A DNA stretch of 36,393 nt from a virus (Duplodnaviria > Heunggongvirae > Uroviricota > Caudoviricetes): positions 1 to 36,393 of IMG/VR virus record IMGVR_UViG_2534682108_000013; one strand, given 5' to 3'. This document shows, one piece after another, positions 1-8,770 of this stretch (position 1 is the stretch's first letter; each line of letters begins with the position of its first letter). The notes below the pieces were generated by a model. It was not told the origin of the DNA. It saw only the letters and a program-made list of their open reading frames with translations, and made no database searches. A program made the position numbers and the translations under genes.

Positions 1-933
1 ATGGACAACGACAAAATTGATCAACACAGCGACGAAATTGAAGTTGAGAGCGAAGAAAAAGAGCGCGGCAAAAAAATAGAAATAGATGAAGACCGACTCC
101 CCTCCCGGGCGATGGCAATTCATGAGCATATCCGCCAGGATGGTGAAAAAGAGCTGGAACGCGACGCAATGGCGCTACTGTGGTCAGCCATTGCGGCGGG
201 TCTGTCGATGGGCGCTTCGTTACTGGCAAAAGGGATATTTCATGTCGAACTGGAAGGTGTGCCGGGCAGCTTCTTGCTGGAGAATCTCGGTTATACCTTT
301 GGTTTTATTATCGTCATTATGGCCCGCCAGCAATTATTTACCGAAAATACCGTGACTGCGGTACTACCCGTCATGCAAAAACCGACAATGAGCAACGTCG
401 GCTTACTTATACGGTTATGGGGCGTCGTGCTGCTGGGTAATATTCTCGGGACAGGTATTGCGGCGTGGGCATTTGAATATATGCCTATCTTCAATGAAGA
501 AACTCGCGATGCATTTGTCAAAATCGGCATGGATGTGATGAAGAACACCCCCAGCGAGATGTTTGCCAACGCGATCATTTCCGGCTGGCTGATCGCCACT
601 ATGGTTTGGATGTTTCCTGCAGCGGGTGCGGCAAAGATTGTGGTGATTATATTGATGACCTGGCTTATTGCCCTGGGTGACACCACCCATATCGTGGTCG
701 GTTCTGTTGAAATCCTCTATCTGGTGTTTAACGGTACGCTGCACTGGAGCGATTTCATCTGGCCCTTCGCACTACCTACTTTAGCGGGGAACATCTGCGG
801 CGGCACCTTTATCTTCGCGTTAATGAGTCATGCACAGATTCGTAACGACATGAGCAATAAGCGTAAAGCAGAAGCACGCCAAAAAGCAGAACGTGCGGAA
901 AACATTAAGAAAAATTATAAAAACCCGGCATAA
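1..933 (+). CDS. yfdC: Formate/nitrite transporter (FNT) family inner-membrane protein, YfdC-like
   Basis: Complete 310-aa ORF with multiple hydrophobic helices; recognised from memory as E. coli YfdC; followed by an argW-like tRNA promoter and 5' fragment as at the E. coli yfdC-argW locus. Confidence 0.8.
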   Translation: MDNDKIDQHSDEIEVESEEKERGKKIEIDEDRLPSRAMAIHEHIRQDGEKELERDAMALLWSAIAAGLSMGASLLAKGIFHVELEGVPGSFLLENLGYTFGFIIVIMARQQLFTENTVTAVLPVMQKPTMSNVGLLIRLWGVVLLGNILGTGIAAWAFEYMPIFNEETRDAFVKIGMDVMKNTPSEMFANAIISGWLIATMVWMFPAAGAAKIVVIILMTWLIALGDTTHIVVGSVEILYLVFNGTLHWSDFIWPFALPTLAGNICGGTFIFALMSHAQIRNDMSNKRKAEARQKAERAENIKKNYKNPA

Positions 934-1008
934 ATGGCGAGGGTTTAAGCAATCGAGCGGCAGCGTACTTACCCCGCACTCCATTAGCGGGTATACTCAT
1001 GCCGCATT

Positions 1009-1031
1009 GTCCTCTTAGTTAAATGGATATA
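1009..1031 (+). other. Truncated tRNA-Arg (argW-like) 5' fragment: acceptor 5' strand and D-arm start only
   Basis: GTCCTCTTAGTTAAATGGATATA matches the first 23 nt of E. coli argW as I recall it; identity stops inside the D-arm; no complementary 3' acceptor strand or T-arm in the next 150 nt, so no cloverleaf can form; TATACT -10-like hexamer just upstream. Confidence 0.4.
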
Positions 1032-1147
1032 GTGATATAAATTTGTAACTAGCTATATAATAAAGATTTATTTGCAATAATTATAATTTTTATGTACTCA
1101 TTTATGTACACACATTTTTGAGGCCATTCCCTAGCTCTTTAAAATCG

Positions 1148-1537
1148 TTACATCACTGGGCAGTCATCAAACTCCGCATTTCTGGCATCATTAATGATGT
1201 ACGTGATCACCCCGAATATAGCTGGTGCAGAACTGTAACCGTCATCATCTACTGGCAGTGCTTCCCTTCTTCCGTTCTCCAGATTAACCAGGTGAGGTTG
1301 AGGATGAGTTCGATATCGCTTTATTCTGAACTCCCCGTCTATTGCACATATCAGCAGCGAGCCATCACAGGGAGAAAGTGAGGCATCAACAACAAGCAGC
1401 GCCCCCTGGATTATCCCTTCCCTGAAATGTGAACGCGATGCCCGCATAAAATAAGTCGCTGCTGGCTGGCTGATTAACTGCTGATCGAGGGAGATTCGTG
1501 TTTCAACATAATCTGCCGCAGGTGAAGGAAAGCCCAT
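1148..1537 (-). CDS. UmuD'-like protein (S24 LexA/UmuD-family C-terminal domain without the N-terminal arm)
   Basis: From internal Met: MGFPSPAADYVETRISLDQQL... aligns with UmuD residues after the Cys24-Gly25 cleavage site; GAGAGGG RBS-like sequence upstream of the ATG at 1537; the longer ORF start at 1609 sits 6 bp from the divergent dinI-like ATG and its first 24 aa do not resemble the UmuD arm. Confidence 0.6.
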   Translation of the reverse strand: MGFPSPAADYVETRISLDQQLISQPAATYFMRASRSHFREGIIQGALLVVDASLSPCDGSLLICAIDGEFRIKRYRTHPQPHLVNLENGRREALPVDDDGYSSAPAIFGVITYIINDARNAEFDDCPVM

Positions 1538-1580
1538 GTTTACGCCCTCTCTTGAATACCGGATAAAAACACAGTATAAA

Positions 1581-1600
1581 TACTGTATATCCATCCAGTA
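1581..1600 (+). promoter_or_regulatory. Candidate LexA (SOS) box TACTGTATATCCATCCAGTA in the umuD'/dinI divergent region
   Basis: CTGT-N8-CCAG resembles the E. coli dinI operator form (CCAG half-site); 16 nt upstream of the dinI-like ATG; overlaps a second palindrome CAGTAT-AA-ATACTG (1572..1585). Confidence 0.45.
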
Positions 1601-1615
1601 AAGAGGCAATGAGCA

Positions 1616-1858
1616 ATGTTCGTGGAACTCGTTTATGACAAAAGGAATTTTGATGGTCTGCCCGGTGCAAAAGATATCATTCTGGGCGAGTTAACTAAGA
1701 GGGTTCACCGGATCTTCCCCGATGCTGATGTTCGGGTTAAACCGATGATGACACTGCCGGCGATCAACACTGACGCCAGCAAGCATGAGAAGGAACAGAT
1801 AAGCCGTACTGTTCAGGAGATGTTTGAAGAGGCTGAATTCTGGTTAGTGAGTGAATAA
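1616..1858 (+). CDS. DinI-family DNA-damage-inducible protein
   Basis: 80 aa; C-terminus ...EMFEEAEFWLVSE parallels E. coli DinI ...ETWESADDWFVSE; AAGAGG RBS 8 nt upstream. Confidence 0.8.
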   Translation: MFVELVYDKRNFDGLPGAKDIILGELTKRVHRIFPDADVRVKPMMTLPAINTDASKHEKEQISRTVQEMFEEAEFWLVSE

Positions 1859-1926
1859 TTTTTTCAATATCCGCCACAGTTACATTTTGATTACGCTGTG
1901 GCAGATATTCGTTTTTGTAGATTTTC

Positions 1927-2259
1927 CTAAGCAGGAACCTTTGGCCAGACTGGTTTTGTGGTATCGACACGCATTAAATTCAACCTGTAGTCCTGCCAGA
2001 TTATCAAGTCGGCGGCTTCTTCATCCGTCGCTTTGCCTCTGTCAACGGCGTACTGTCGCCAGGCTATTTCACTATCCGCCTCTAAACGCAGTCTGGATTT
2101 CTTTGCTTCAGCTGAAGCAATCAATTCCTCAGCCGTTGGAGCAAGAAGCCCCATCGCTTCCGGTTCCGATATTTTAATTAACCCTTCCAGAATAAATTCC
2201 TCATCACAGTCATCTTCATATGCAAACACTGCATTGCTTTTATTTTTGAAATATTGCAT
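1927..2259 (-). CDS. Tail fiber assembly protein (Tfa-like chaperone)
   Basis: C-terminal ...DLIIWQDYRLNLMRVDTTKPVWPKVPA typical of Tfa; ATG overlaps the fiber stop (TAATG); the ORF track's longer start is 2277. Confidence 0.65.
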   Translation of the reverse strand: MQYFKNKSNAVFAYEDDCDEEFILEGLIKISEPEAMGLLAPTAEELIASAEAKKSRLRLEADSEIAWRQYAVDRGKATDEEAADLIIWQDYRLNLMRVDTTKPVWPKVPA

Positions 2260-3158
2260 TACCGTAACTCCGCCCATGAAGAAAATGCGCCCGAAAATAT
2301 GTATTGTGCACCAGGTGGCACAATGGCAAATAATGTTGAATCTGAATCTGCCCCTCGCGCAAACGCCGTTAATACACCTCCAACATAGAGCCCCCTGTCT
2401 CCGTCACCCGTCTCAGGAATAGATACGCAGATTGGTCTGGTTGTGCTGTTGGTGTAAGTCACTCCGGCAGTTCGTGAAGCGGTAACATTCACCCAGGTCT
2501 GTCCCGTTCCCAGTGCCTTAGATGCATCTAACTTACTGTCAAAAAGATATTCAAGCCCGGTCCCGTTCAGAGTTGTATCAGACGGGAGAGCTACTGAACC
2601 TGAAAATGTTTGCTTCTGAGTAAATGTATTTTTAGCATCCGTTTTCGCGGCGCTGGTTAAGCCGAGATATGAAAGTAATCCGGCAACATCCTTTCCTGAT
2701 AACGCTGTTAATGTGTCGTCTTTGTCTTGTTTATAATCAAACCATGCCTGTAAACCAATCCCTTTGTAAGCGGTATTGGCTGGAAGTGAAACACTTAACG
2801 TGAATTTCACTTCTCCAGTAAATGTGTTGTTTGCGCTTGTTTTTGCTAAATCCTCCAAACCAAGGTTTGAAAGGGCCTCGGCAATTGCCGCTGCCCCATC
2901 TGCTTTAATATCTGCAAAAGGATGTGCTCGGCTTAACAGCAGCGCCTTCAGCGCAGTCAGTAACTGGTTATGTTTTGATTTTTCCAGGTTAACGCCGGTT
3001 GCTTCTACCACTCCCGCCAGTTCTTCCTGCAACATATCAAAATAGTCGTCATCCAAATCAGTGGCTGGCGTTCCTGTTTGCGGGTTTCCACGGGTAAAGC
3101 CGTTCTTTCCCGCGCCGAATTTATCTTTCTGCGCAGTAGGTGTGTCAATGCGATGCAT
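2259..3158 (-). CDS. Tail fiber protein
   Basis: Conserved fiber N-terminus (...DYFDMLQEELAGVVEA) then two tandem ~50-aa repeat modules; GGAG RBS before the Met at 3158; the ORF track start is 3209. Confidence 0.7.
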   Translation of the reverse strand: MHRIDTPTAQKDKFGAGKNGFTRGNPQTGTPATDLDDDYFDMLQEELAGVVEATGVNLEKSKHNQLLTALKALLLSRAHPFADIKADGAAAIAEALSNLGLEDLAKTSANNTFTGEVKFTLSVSLPANTAYKGIGLQAWFDYKQDKDDTLTALSGKDVAGLLSYLGLTSAAKTDAKNTFTQKQTFSGSVALPSDTTLNGTGLEYLFDSKLDASKALGTGQTWVNVTASRTAGVTYTNSTTRPICVSIPETGDGDRGLYVGGVLTAFARGADSDSTLFAIVPPGAQYIFSGAFSSWAELR

Positions 3159-3169
3159 AATGTCTCCGG

Positions 3170-3751
3170 TTACGGATATTTGAATATTACGTAGGTATGG
3201 GACGGGCAAAGTTTATTGATAACGCACTCGGCAACAGTGTCACCCCAGTAGCGAATGGGCGTATCGCAATTGTCTGAACAGGTCATCCAGGTGGCATCTG
3301 TTGAAGCAGGCATATTCACCTGCCAGTAATAACGCCATTCAATTGAATAGGTCGCCTCCACACACGGCGACGTACAATTGAAAGGTCCCTTGTTATAGCG
3401 CGTGATACTGGCGTCGGGTTTTCCGAGTGCAGCCAGTTGGCGAAGGTAGAAATCTTCGTTGATTCCTCCAGTAAGATTAACTTTTGCATCCAGTCGCTGC
3501 TGCCGTTGCCGTAACGTCTGTGTTCCTGATGGAATGCATTCATCAGGCAGGCCACAGCACCGCTCCCATCGGTCAATAAGTTCTGTAGTTGTGCGCGGAT
3601 CAAGCTCCTGCATGAGTTCATCACCACGCTGATGCACCCTGCGCAAAGATGGAGCTATGCCACTTATCGCAACATCGTCTACTGACCATGCAGGCCCTGG
3701 TGGAAGCAGCGCACTCAGTAACTGGACATAATCATCATTACTCACACCCAC
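3170..3751 (-). CDS. Mu gp48-like tail/baseplate protein (DUF2313-type)
   Basis: Position and length between baseplate J and fiber as in the Mu gp47-gp48-gp49 order; family assignment from memory. Confidence 0.6.
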   Translation of the reverse strand: MGVSNDDYVQLLSALLPPGPAWSVDDVAISGIAPSLRRVHQRGDELMQELDPRTTTELIDRWERCCGLPDECIPSGTQTLRQRQQRLDAKVNLTGGINEDFYLRQLAALGKPDASITRYNKGPFNCTSPCVEATYSIEWRYYWQVNMPASTDATWMTCSDNCDTPIRYWGDTVAECVINKLCPSHTYVIFKYP

Positions 3752-4806
3752 GTTATTACCCCCAGTACAGCCAGTTCATTTTTTGCAACTGGCGTATCAA
3801 CTGTTGGAGAAAGGAGTTTATGGCTGTGCTCACCGGCAGCTATAGAAATCGCCTCGTTTGTACGGGAAAGTTCAAGCGTCCCCTTCGGATGACCATCCCG
3901 CAGCAGAAATGAACGGAGCTCAGCCTCTACCGCAGCGCGAATTTCAGGTGTATCTGGATTCAGATCAATTGTGTAATTGACCGTTTTTGGCGTTCCCTTA
4001 AATACATAGAGGTCTGAACCCGCTACGGGTGCCAACGGTTCAATATGTGCCTGAGCAGCAGCCACGGTTGCATCATCAAGAATCGGGTTAATCAGGTCGC
4101 TACTGGCAATCAAAACGCCAACCGTTCCCGTCCCCATCCAGTGACGGTAAGTCCACGCACGTGTTACGCCGGGTACTTCTTTTGCCCAGACAACATAATC
4201 TCCGTCAGCGCCACCTTGCGGAGTCCAGTAGTAGCGCTCCATAACCCGGGCACGCCAGACCTCAAGGTCTTCAGTATCAAAACCGCCAGCGATCGTATCG
4301 GCCATGCCACCAGAAGGAAGTCCGTTAACCGGCGTAACCAGTGAAAGCGCCTCGCCATCATCCATATTCCCGGTCATACCTGTCACGCTGCAGGCAACAG
4401 GCACCCGAAGCACACCACCAGCACTCGTTGCATCTGCCTGAGCGGTGTACTGGACGAGGTCGTCACGCTGAATGACCGATCCTGCACTCACCTTGAGTCC
4501 GTTCGTTACGCCATCCCATCGCATAAAACCTGATGCGGCCACGGCATCTTTCCTCGGACAGCGTTTCATCGCCGCATGCCGATAAAGCCATGACTCATCG
4601 CACAGGTCAGGCAGCATATTCATCGCCAGATAATCGATATAGCCATAAACCGTATGCAGCGCCCCCGCATAAACCTTGGCTCTGACATCTTCATCCATGC
4701 GGCGAAGCTCATCATTGATGTCAAGCCGTGCAAAAAGGTCGGTGCGGATCATGCTGATGTTTTCGGCCAGCGTTGGCCGCTGAAATTCACTGTCCGCCAT
4801 TTGCAA
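3742..4806 (-). CDS. Baseplate J-like protein (Mu gp47-like)
   Basis: 354 aa, position in conserved baseplate block. Confidence 0.75.
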   Translation of the reverse strand: MQMADSEFQRPTLAENISMIRTDLFARLDINDELRRMDEDVRAKVYAGALHTVYGYIDYLAMNMLPDLCDESWLYRHAAMKRCPRKDAVAASGFMRWDGVTNGLKVSAGSVIQRDDLVQYTAQADATSAGGVLRVPVACSVTGMTGNMDDGEALSLVTPVNGLPSGGMADTIAGGFDTEDLEVWRARVMERYYWTPQGGADGDYVVWAKEVPGVTRAWTYRHWMGTGTVGVLIASSDLINPILDDATVAAAQAHIEPLAPVAGSDLYVFKGTPKTVNYTIDLNPDTPEIRAAVEAELRSFLLRDGHPKGTLELSRTNEAISIAAGEHSHKLLSPTVDTPVAKNELAVLGVITWV

Positions 4807-5215
4807 TCACGCTCCAGAAATCGTTAAAAGAAATTGTTACCGGACCATCCCGGCGCCACAGAACAATGCTGTTTCCCAGTTCATTGATACCGGTTCGCTG
4901 TATATCTATATCTATCCTGGACACAACACCGTCATCGAGCATCCACTGAAGGGATTCCCGGATATACGTTCGCACCGTATTCACCAGCGCGTTTGTGAGC
5001 TTGCTCCGTTGTAAAAGCCATAGCTTTGACCCATAACGATCGTTGGCCACCATCGGCCAGGTATCTCCCCACCACCCCATAGGTACATCAGCATTGTCGT
5101 CAGGGTCTGCGCGCCGGTGAGTGAAGAGCGAAATCACCACTGCGCGCGTTAGTGGGTCAAGCTGAGAACTGGCATTTACCTGGGTTCCGTTGACTGTCAG
5201 CCAGAGTTCCATCAC
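4787..5215 (-). CDS. Mu gp46-like baseplate protein
   Basis: 142 aa; synteny within gp44-gp48 block. Confidence 0.6.
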   Translation of the reverse strand: MMELWLTVNGTQVNASSQLDPLTRAVVISLFTHRRADPDDNADVPMGWWGDTWPMVANDRYGSKLWLLQRSKLTNALVNTVRTYIRESLQWMLDDGVVSRIDIDIQRTGINELGNSIVLWRRDGPVTISFNDFWSVIANGGQ

Positions 5216-5760
5216 ACCTCCATCTTGTTATCGGGCGCATCGGTTTTATTTCCCTGTCCGTTTTCTTTGTGATGGTGTCCGTTATAGGCAACGCGCATGT
5301 CTGACATTGTCAGACCACCAGAATCGCAGAGGTCTTTAATCTGTCCCGTTGACTCAATGTCCATTTCAAAGCGGGCTTTTGGCGCGTTTTTGAACGTAAT
5401 CACCTTGCCACCACCATCAACAACAATCCCGGCGCGTGTCAGCGTGACTGACTGCCCCTGGTCATCGTAGAGAGCGACCTCCCCCGTTTTGAGCCCCTTC
5501 ATGCGATAGCGACGATCAGATACGGTGATCGCAACGGCGTGAGAACGGTCGCCGTCAGGAAACAGAACAACAGCCTCTGCACCCGCTTTTGCACGAGAAG
5601 TGAAGCCATAAGATTCAAGGTGCTCAATGCCCGCCTTTTGCTGCCCGGCCAGTAACTCAACATCTATCATCTGGCACTTTGAAGCCGCGTTGATACTCTT
5701 CACCACAGCGCGGCCAATGAGTCCTAACAGTTGCCTTTGCAGACTTTGCATCACGCTCAT
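5212..5760 (-). CDS. Baseplate assembly protein V-like (Mu gp45-like spike)
   Basis: 182 aa; synteny; translationally coupled overlaps with neighbours. Confidence 0.65.
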   Translation of the reverse strand: MSVMQSLQRQLLGLIGRAVVKSINAASKCQMIDVELLAGQQKAGIEHLESYGFTSRAKAGAEAVVLFPDGDRSHAVAITVSDRRYRMKGLKTGEVALYDDQGQSVTLTRAGIVVDGGGKVITFKNAPKARFEMDIESTGQIKDLCDSGGLTMSDMRVAYNGHHHKENGQGNKTDAPDNKMEV

Positions 5761-6839
5761 CAGAACGGGTCCTCTTTGACTTTCCGTTTTTTGCCGCGCT
5801 TCTTACTGTCATTTTCAGGTTCTGGCAGATAGGCATCCGGCGGCCCGACACGTAATTCGGTTATTGTGCCGTTGTTGTCTTTAGTGAATGACACTTCAGA
5901 AATGAGCAGCTCGCGGTTATTGAAGCCACAAATGGGGTCATAGACGATAACGCGCTGGTTTGGTTGCCACAGTGAACCGTCACCCTGCCGCCAGCCCCAC
6001 ACTGTGTATGTGGTTTCATCGGTACGTGCAGCTCGCTGGCGCGCCTCGAATTCAGCACGCGCAATGCAACTGGCTCCTGTTGACTGCCCCGTCTGCTGTA
6101 CTGCCATGGGACGATAGCGGCCAATTGATGCGTCTGTTGTTTTTGCGCGAAGCGCCGTTGTTGTCGCAGCCCCAAAATCATCATCGTTTCCGGCACGCTG
6201 ACCAGAAACCTGATAAGTGGAAAAACGTTCACGGATGCTTTTCTCGGTATCGCAGGAAATAACGTTTTTACCCAGCACCAGAGCTGTATGAGCGCGCGTG
6301 CTACCAATGCCGCCGATAACAAGCCTGCCCCGAGGGTCGTCGTAGGCCAGCGCCTGCTGTTGTCCAAGCATCTTGTTGAGGACTTCGATAACTGTTTCAC
6401 CGTGATCGGGTTGTACTCCGGGAATAGCGCCACCCGGTGCGCCAGCGTTTACAACCGCAATACCAAAAGGTCTGGCAAGCGCCGAGGCCACCTGAACGAG
6501 TGATTGCCCATTGAATTGAGTCGGCTCGGCAGCACAATCAATCAGATCGGCGGTCAGACTGCGCCCACTAATTCCGACACTAATTGATCGCGCATCATAG
6601 CGAACCGGCGTTGCTTCAACCCAACCGGTAACCACCAGGTCATCACCGATTAGAACCTCAACCTTGTCGCCGTTTTTAACTCTGGGCTGAAGTGACGTAA
6701 CACCATCACCACCGGGCCACTGTCGGGTGATCTCTACACTAAAATCGCGAGCTAATCGCTCAATCCCTGAACCAATGCGAATTGACGTCCACCCCCCCCA
6801 CTCACGGCCGTTAACACGGAGAGTTACGTTATCGTTCAT
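5760..6839 (-). CDS. Mu gp44-like tail protein (baseplate hub, gpD-like)
   Basis: 359 aa; synteny between DNA-circulation and gpV-like genes. Confidence 0.65.
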   Translation of the reverse strand: MNDNVTLRVNGREWGGWTSIRIGSGIERLARDFSVEITRQWPGGDGVTSLQPRVKNGDKVEVLIGDDLVVTGWVEATPVRYDARSISVGISGRSLTADLIDCAAEPTQFNGQSLVQVASALARPFGIAVVNAGAPGGAIPGVQPDHGETVIEVLNKMLGQQQALAYDDPRGRLVIGGIGSTRAHTALVLGKNVISCDTEKSIRERFSTYQVSGQRAGNDDDFGAATTTALRAKTTDASIGRYRPMAVQQTGQSTGASCIARAEFEARQRAARTDETTYTVWGWRQGDGSLWQPNQRVIVYDPICGFNNRELLISEVSFTKDNNGTITELRVGPPDAYLPEPENDSKKRGKKRKVKEDPF

Positions 6840-8137
6840 CGTACAGGAACCCTCAGTGGAGATACCGGCACAAAGCCAGGATGTGCGACCGCATTGCGCC
6901 TGACAATGTCAGACTCCCGCGCAGCGTTATCGAACCAGGTTGCTGCCAGAACCAGTGCCGGAGTTACCTCATCAGGCGTTCTGACAACGGTCTTTTGGGT
7001 CTGTACCAGGCGGTGTTTTATGTCGTTGTTAAGGTCAGATTTCGCCCGGCGCAAAGCCAGAAACAAACGGTCATCTGTCGTACGGGATAGTTCTTTATCA
7101 ATAGCAGTATTCAGTGTGTCGCGGATATCGACCAGATCATCCCATGCAGGCACGTCGACAACGGTCACTTCATCAGGAGCATTGTTCAGCTCAGGATGAG
7201 TAACAGAAGGCCAGCCAGTGGACTGCTGGCTTTGTTCGCTTGTGGTGATAACTGGAGCGGGTAACGTTGTGACAGCATAAGCCGCTTCGCTTATTGCTGT
7301 TGTGCGAATCGCACTGGCAACATAATTACTTTGCTGCTTCTGGTTCTGCGTCGTCCTGCTGTCCGTGTTCCACACGCCACGCGGTGCCAGATCACTCCCC
7401 ATGGAGATACCTGAAAAATTTTTAATCATTGTGAACAGATCGCTGGCATTACCAGAGAGCCGATTCCCCGAACGCCACATTGTCTGCAACTGATCAACAA
7501 AGCCTTTGCCTGAAGATGGCGGCGGGAGCAGAACAGAGATATCACCCTGCATTAGACGTGCGGCGGCGGAAATGCCAGCATCGACCATCGCCATTTTGTC
7601 AGAGACGTAGCCAAGCATGCTGGTCGCATCGTCAATCACACCGTTCTGTACAAAATCAGGCATACCGTCCATGCCAAACTGGTCGAAGTTATCGCTGATG
7701 CAGTCATCAAGAGCAGAGCAAGAAGAAACCAGCGTGTTAGCCGTTGCGGTACCTGATGTCGGATAAGTAAGTTCACCAGCCTCAACGAAACGAAGATCAA
7801 AGCGCACCATGCGCCCTTCACTGCTCGATGCACTCACGTTAATTTCGCCATCGACGCAAACGCTCATCTCGCCATATGCGGGATGGATAAGGGTCCCAGG
7901 CCCCGGCTTATTGAGAGCCTCAATTAGTCTGTCACGTTGCTCATAGCAGTCATCGCCGATGACATACCCAGAAAATTTAGGTCTTGAAGTTGCTTTGCCC
8001 AGGTCTTCCGTATAGGGCTTATCACGGTTCACAAACTCGTGTGTTTCGACACGCCGCCCAGCGGTTAGACTCTCGTCTTCAGTTTTGAACGGAACGCCAC
8101 GAAACGACGCATCCACCAGCCGATCTTTCCACGCCAT
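6836..8137 (-). CDS. DNA circulation protein (Mu gp43/N-like)
   Basis: ~430 aa following the tape measure; GGAG RBS before the Met at 8137 (the ORF track start 8152 abuts a T-tract). Confidence 0.7.
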   Translation of the reverse strand: MAWKDRLVDASFRGVPFKTEDESLTAGRRVETHEFVNRDKPYTEDLGKATSRPKFSGYVIGDDCYEQRDRLIEALNKPGPGTLIHPAYGEMSVCVDGEINVSASSSEGRMVRFDLRFVEAGELTYPTSGTATANTLVSSCSALDDCISDNFDQFGMDGMPDFVQNGVIDDATSMLGYVSDKMAMVDAGISAAARLMQGDISVLLPPPSSGKGFVDQLQTMWRSGNRLSGNASDLFTMIKNFSGISMGSDLAPRGVWNTDSRTTQNQKQQSNYVASAIRTTAISEAAYAVTTLPAPVITTSEQSQQSTGWPSVTHPELNNAPDEVTVVDVPAWDDLVDIRDTLNTAIDKELSRTTDDRLFLALRRAKSDLNNDIKHRLVQTQKTVVRTPDEVTPALVLAATWFDNAARESDIVRRNAVAHPGFVPVSPLRVPVR

Positions 8138-8152
8138 ATAAACTCCGAGCAT

Positions 8153-8176
8153 AAAAAAACCCGCCGAAGCGGGTTG
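8153..8176 (-). terminator. Rho-independent terminator after the tail-module moron
   Basis: Minus-strand stem CCCGC-TTCG-GCGGG followed by a 7-T run, directly after the moron stop. Confidence 0.55.
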
Positions 8177-8191
8177 AAGAGATAGAATGAA

Positions 8192-8686
8192 TTATCGCAG
8201 AAAAACATCTATTGAATAAATATCTCCAATCTTTAAAAATTTCGAGTCACTTTTACTGTCAATCGACTCAAAGCTATTAACGCCTGAAAACTTCTTCATC
8301 TTATTTTCAAATATAACTTCATCGACACCGGAAAGATATTTAAAAGCCCTGCTAGCCAAAACAACATTACTAAGTTTTTGAGTGTTGCCGTTATCCTTAT
8401 AGAACCATATTTTAACTCTTTCAGTACATGGAGACTGGTATAGCGTCAGATAGAACTGAGGTTCATACTTACTTTCTGCATCATCACTAAGTGCTTCTTC
8501 AGTGGATAATTCTTTTCTGAATTCGTATTGTTTTTTGATAATACCATTTTCTTTAATAGAATTTACGCGAACAGGCTCTTTCCCAAGCGAATCAATGAAT
8601 TCGGATTCGTTGAAGTCGAGCCTGCATTCTTCAGCATTTACTCCAAAAGAAATTAATACCATTAAAAATAATATCATTGAGCGCAT
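8192..8686 (-). CDS. Secreted/periplasmic protein of unknown function (AT-rich moron inside tail module)
   Basis: Signal peptide MRSMILFLMVLISFGVNA|EE; AGGAG RBS 5 nt upstream; visibly AT-rich; own terminator; inserted between tape measure and DNA-circulation genes. Confidence 0.55.
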   Translation of the reverse strand: MRSMILFLMVLISFGVNAEECRLDFNESEFIDSLGKEPVRVNSIKENGIIKKQYEFRKELSTEEALSDDAESKYEPQFYLTLYQSPCTERVKIWFYKDNGNTQKLSNVVLASRAFKYLSGVDEVIFENKMKKFSGVNSFESIDSKSDSKFLKIGDIYSIDVFLR

Positions 8687-8770
8687 GACCACTCCTAAAA
8701 TGTAAACATCCAAGAATGGTAATGTTATATCACCTTTTAAGCATAAGCTACGAAATGATTTGAGTGTTGG

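Noticed and set aside
1538-1609. N-terminal 24-codon extension of the UmuD-like ORF
   Set aside because: Would place the start 6 bp from the divergent dinI-like ATG, leaving no promoter space; the extension does not resemble the UmuD arm; an RBS precedes the internal Met
5861-6433. 190-aa minus-strand ORF in an alternative frame inside the gp44-like gene
   Set aside because: Nested alternative-frame ORF; the gp44-like frame is longer and syntenic
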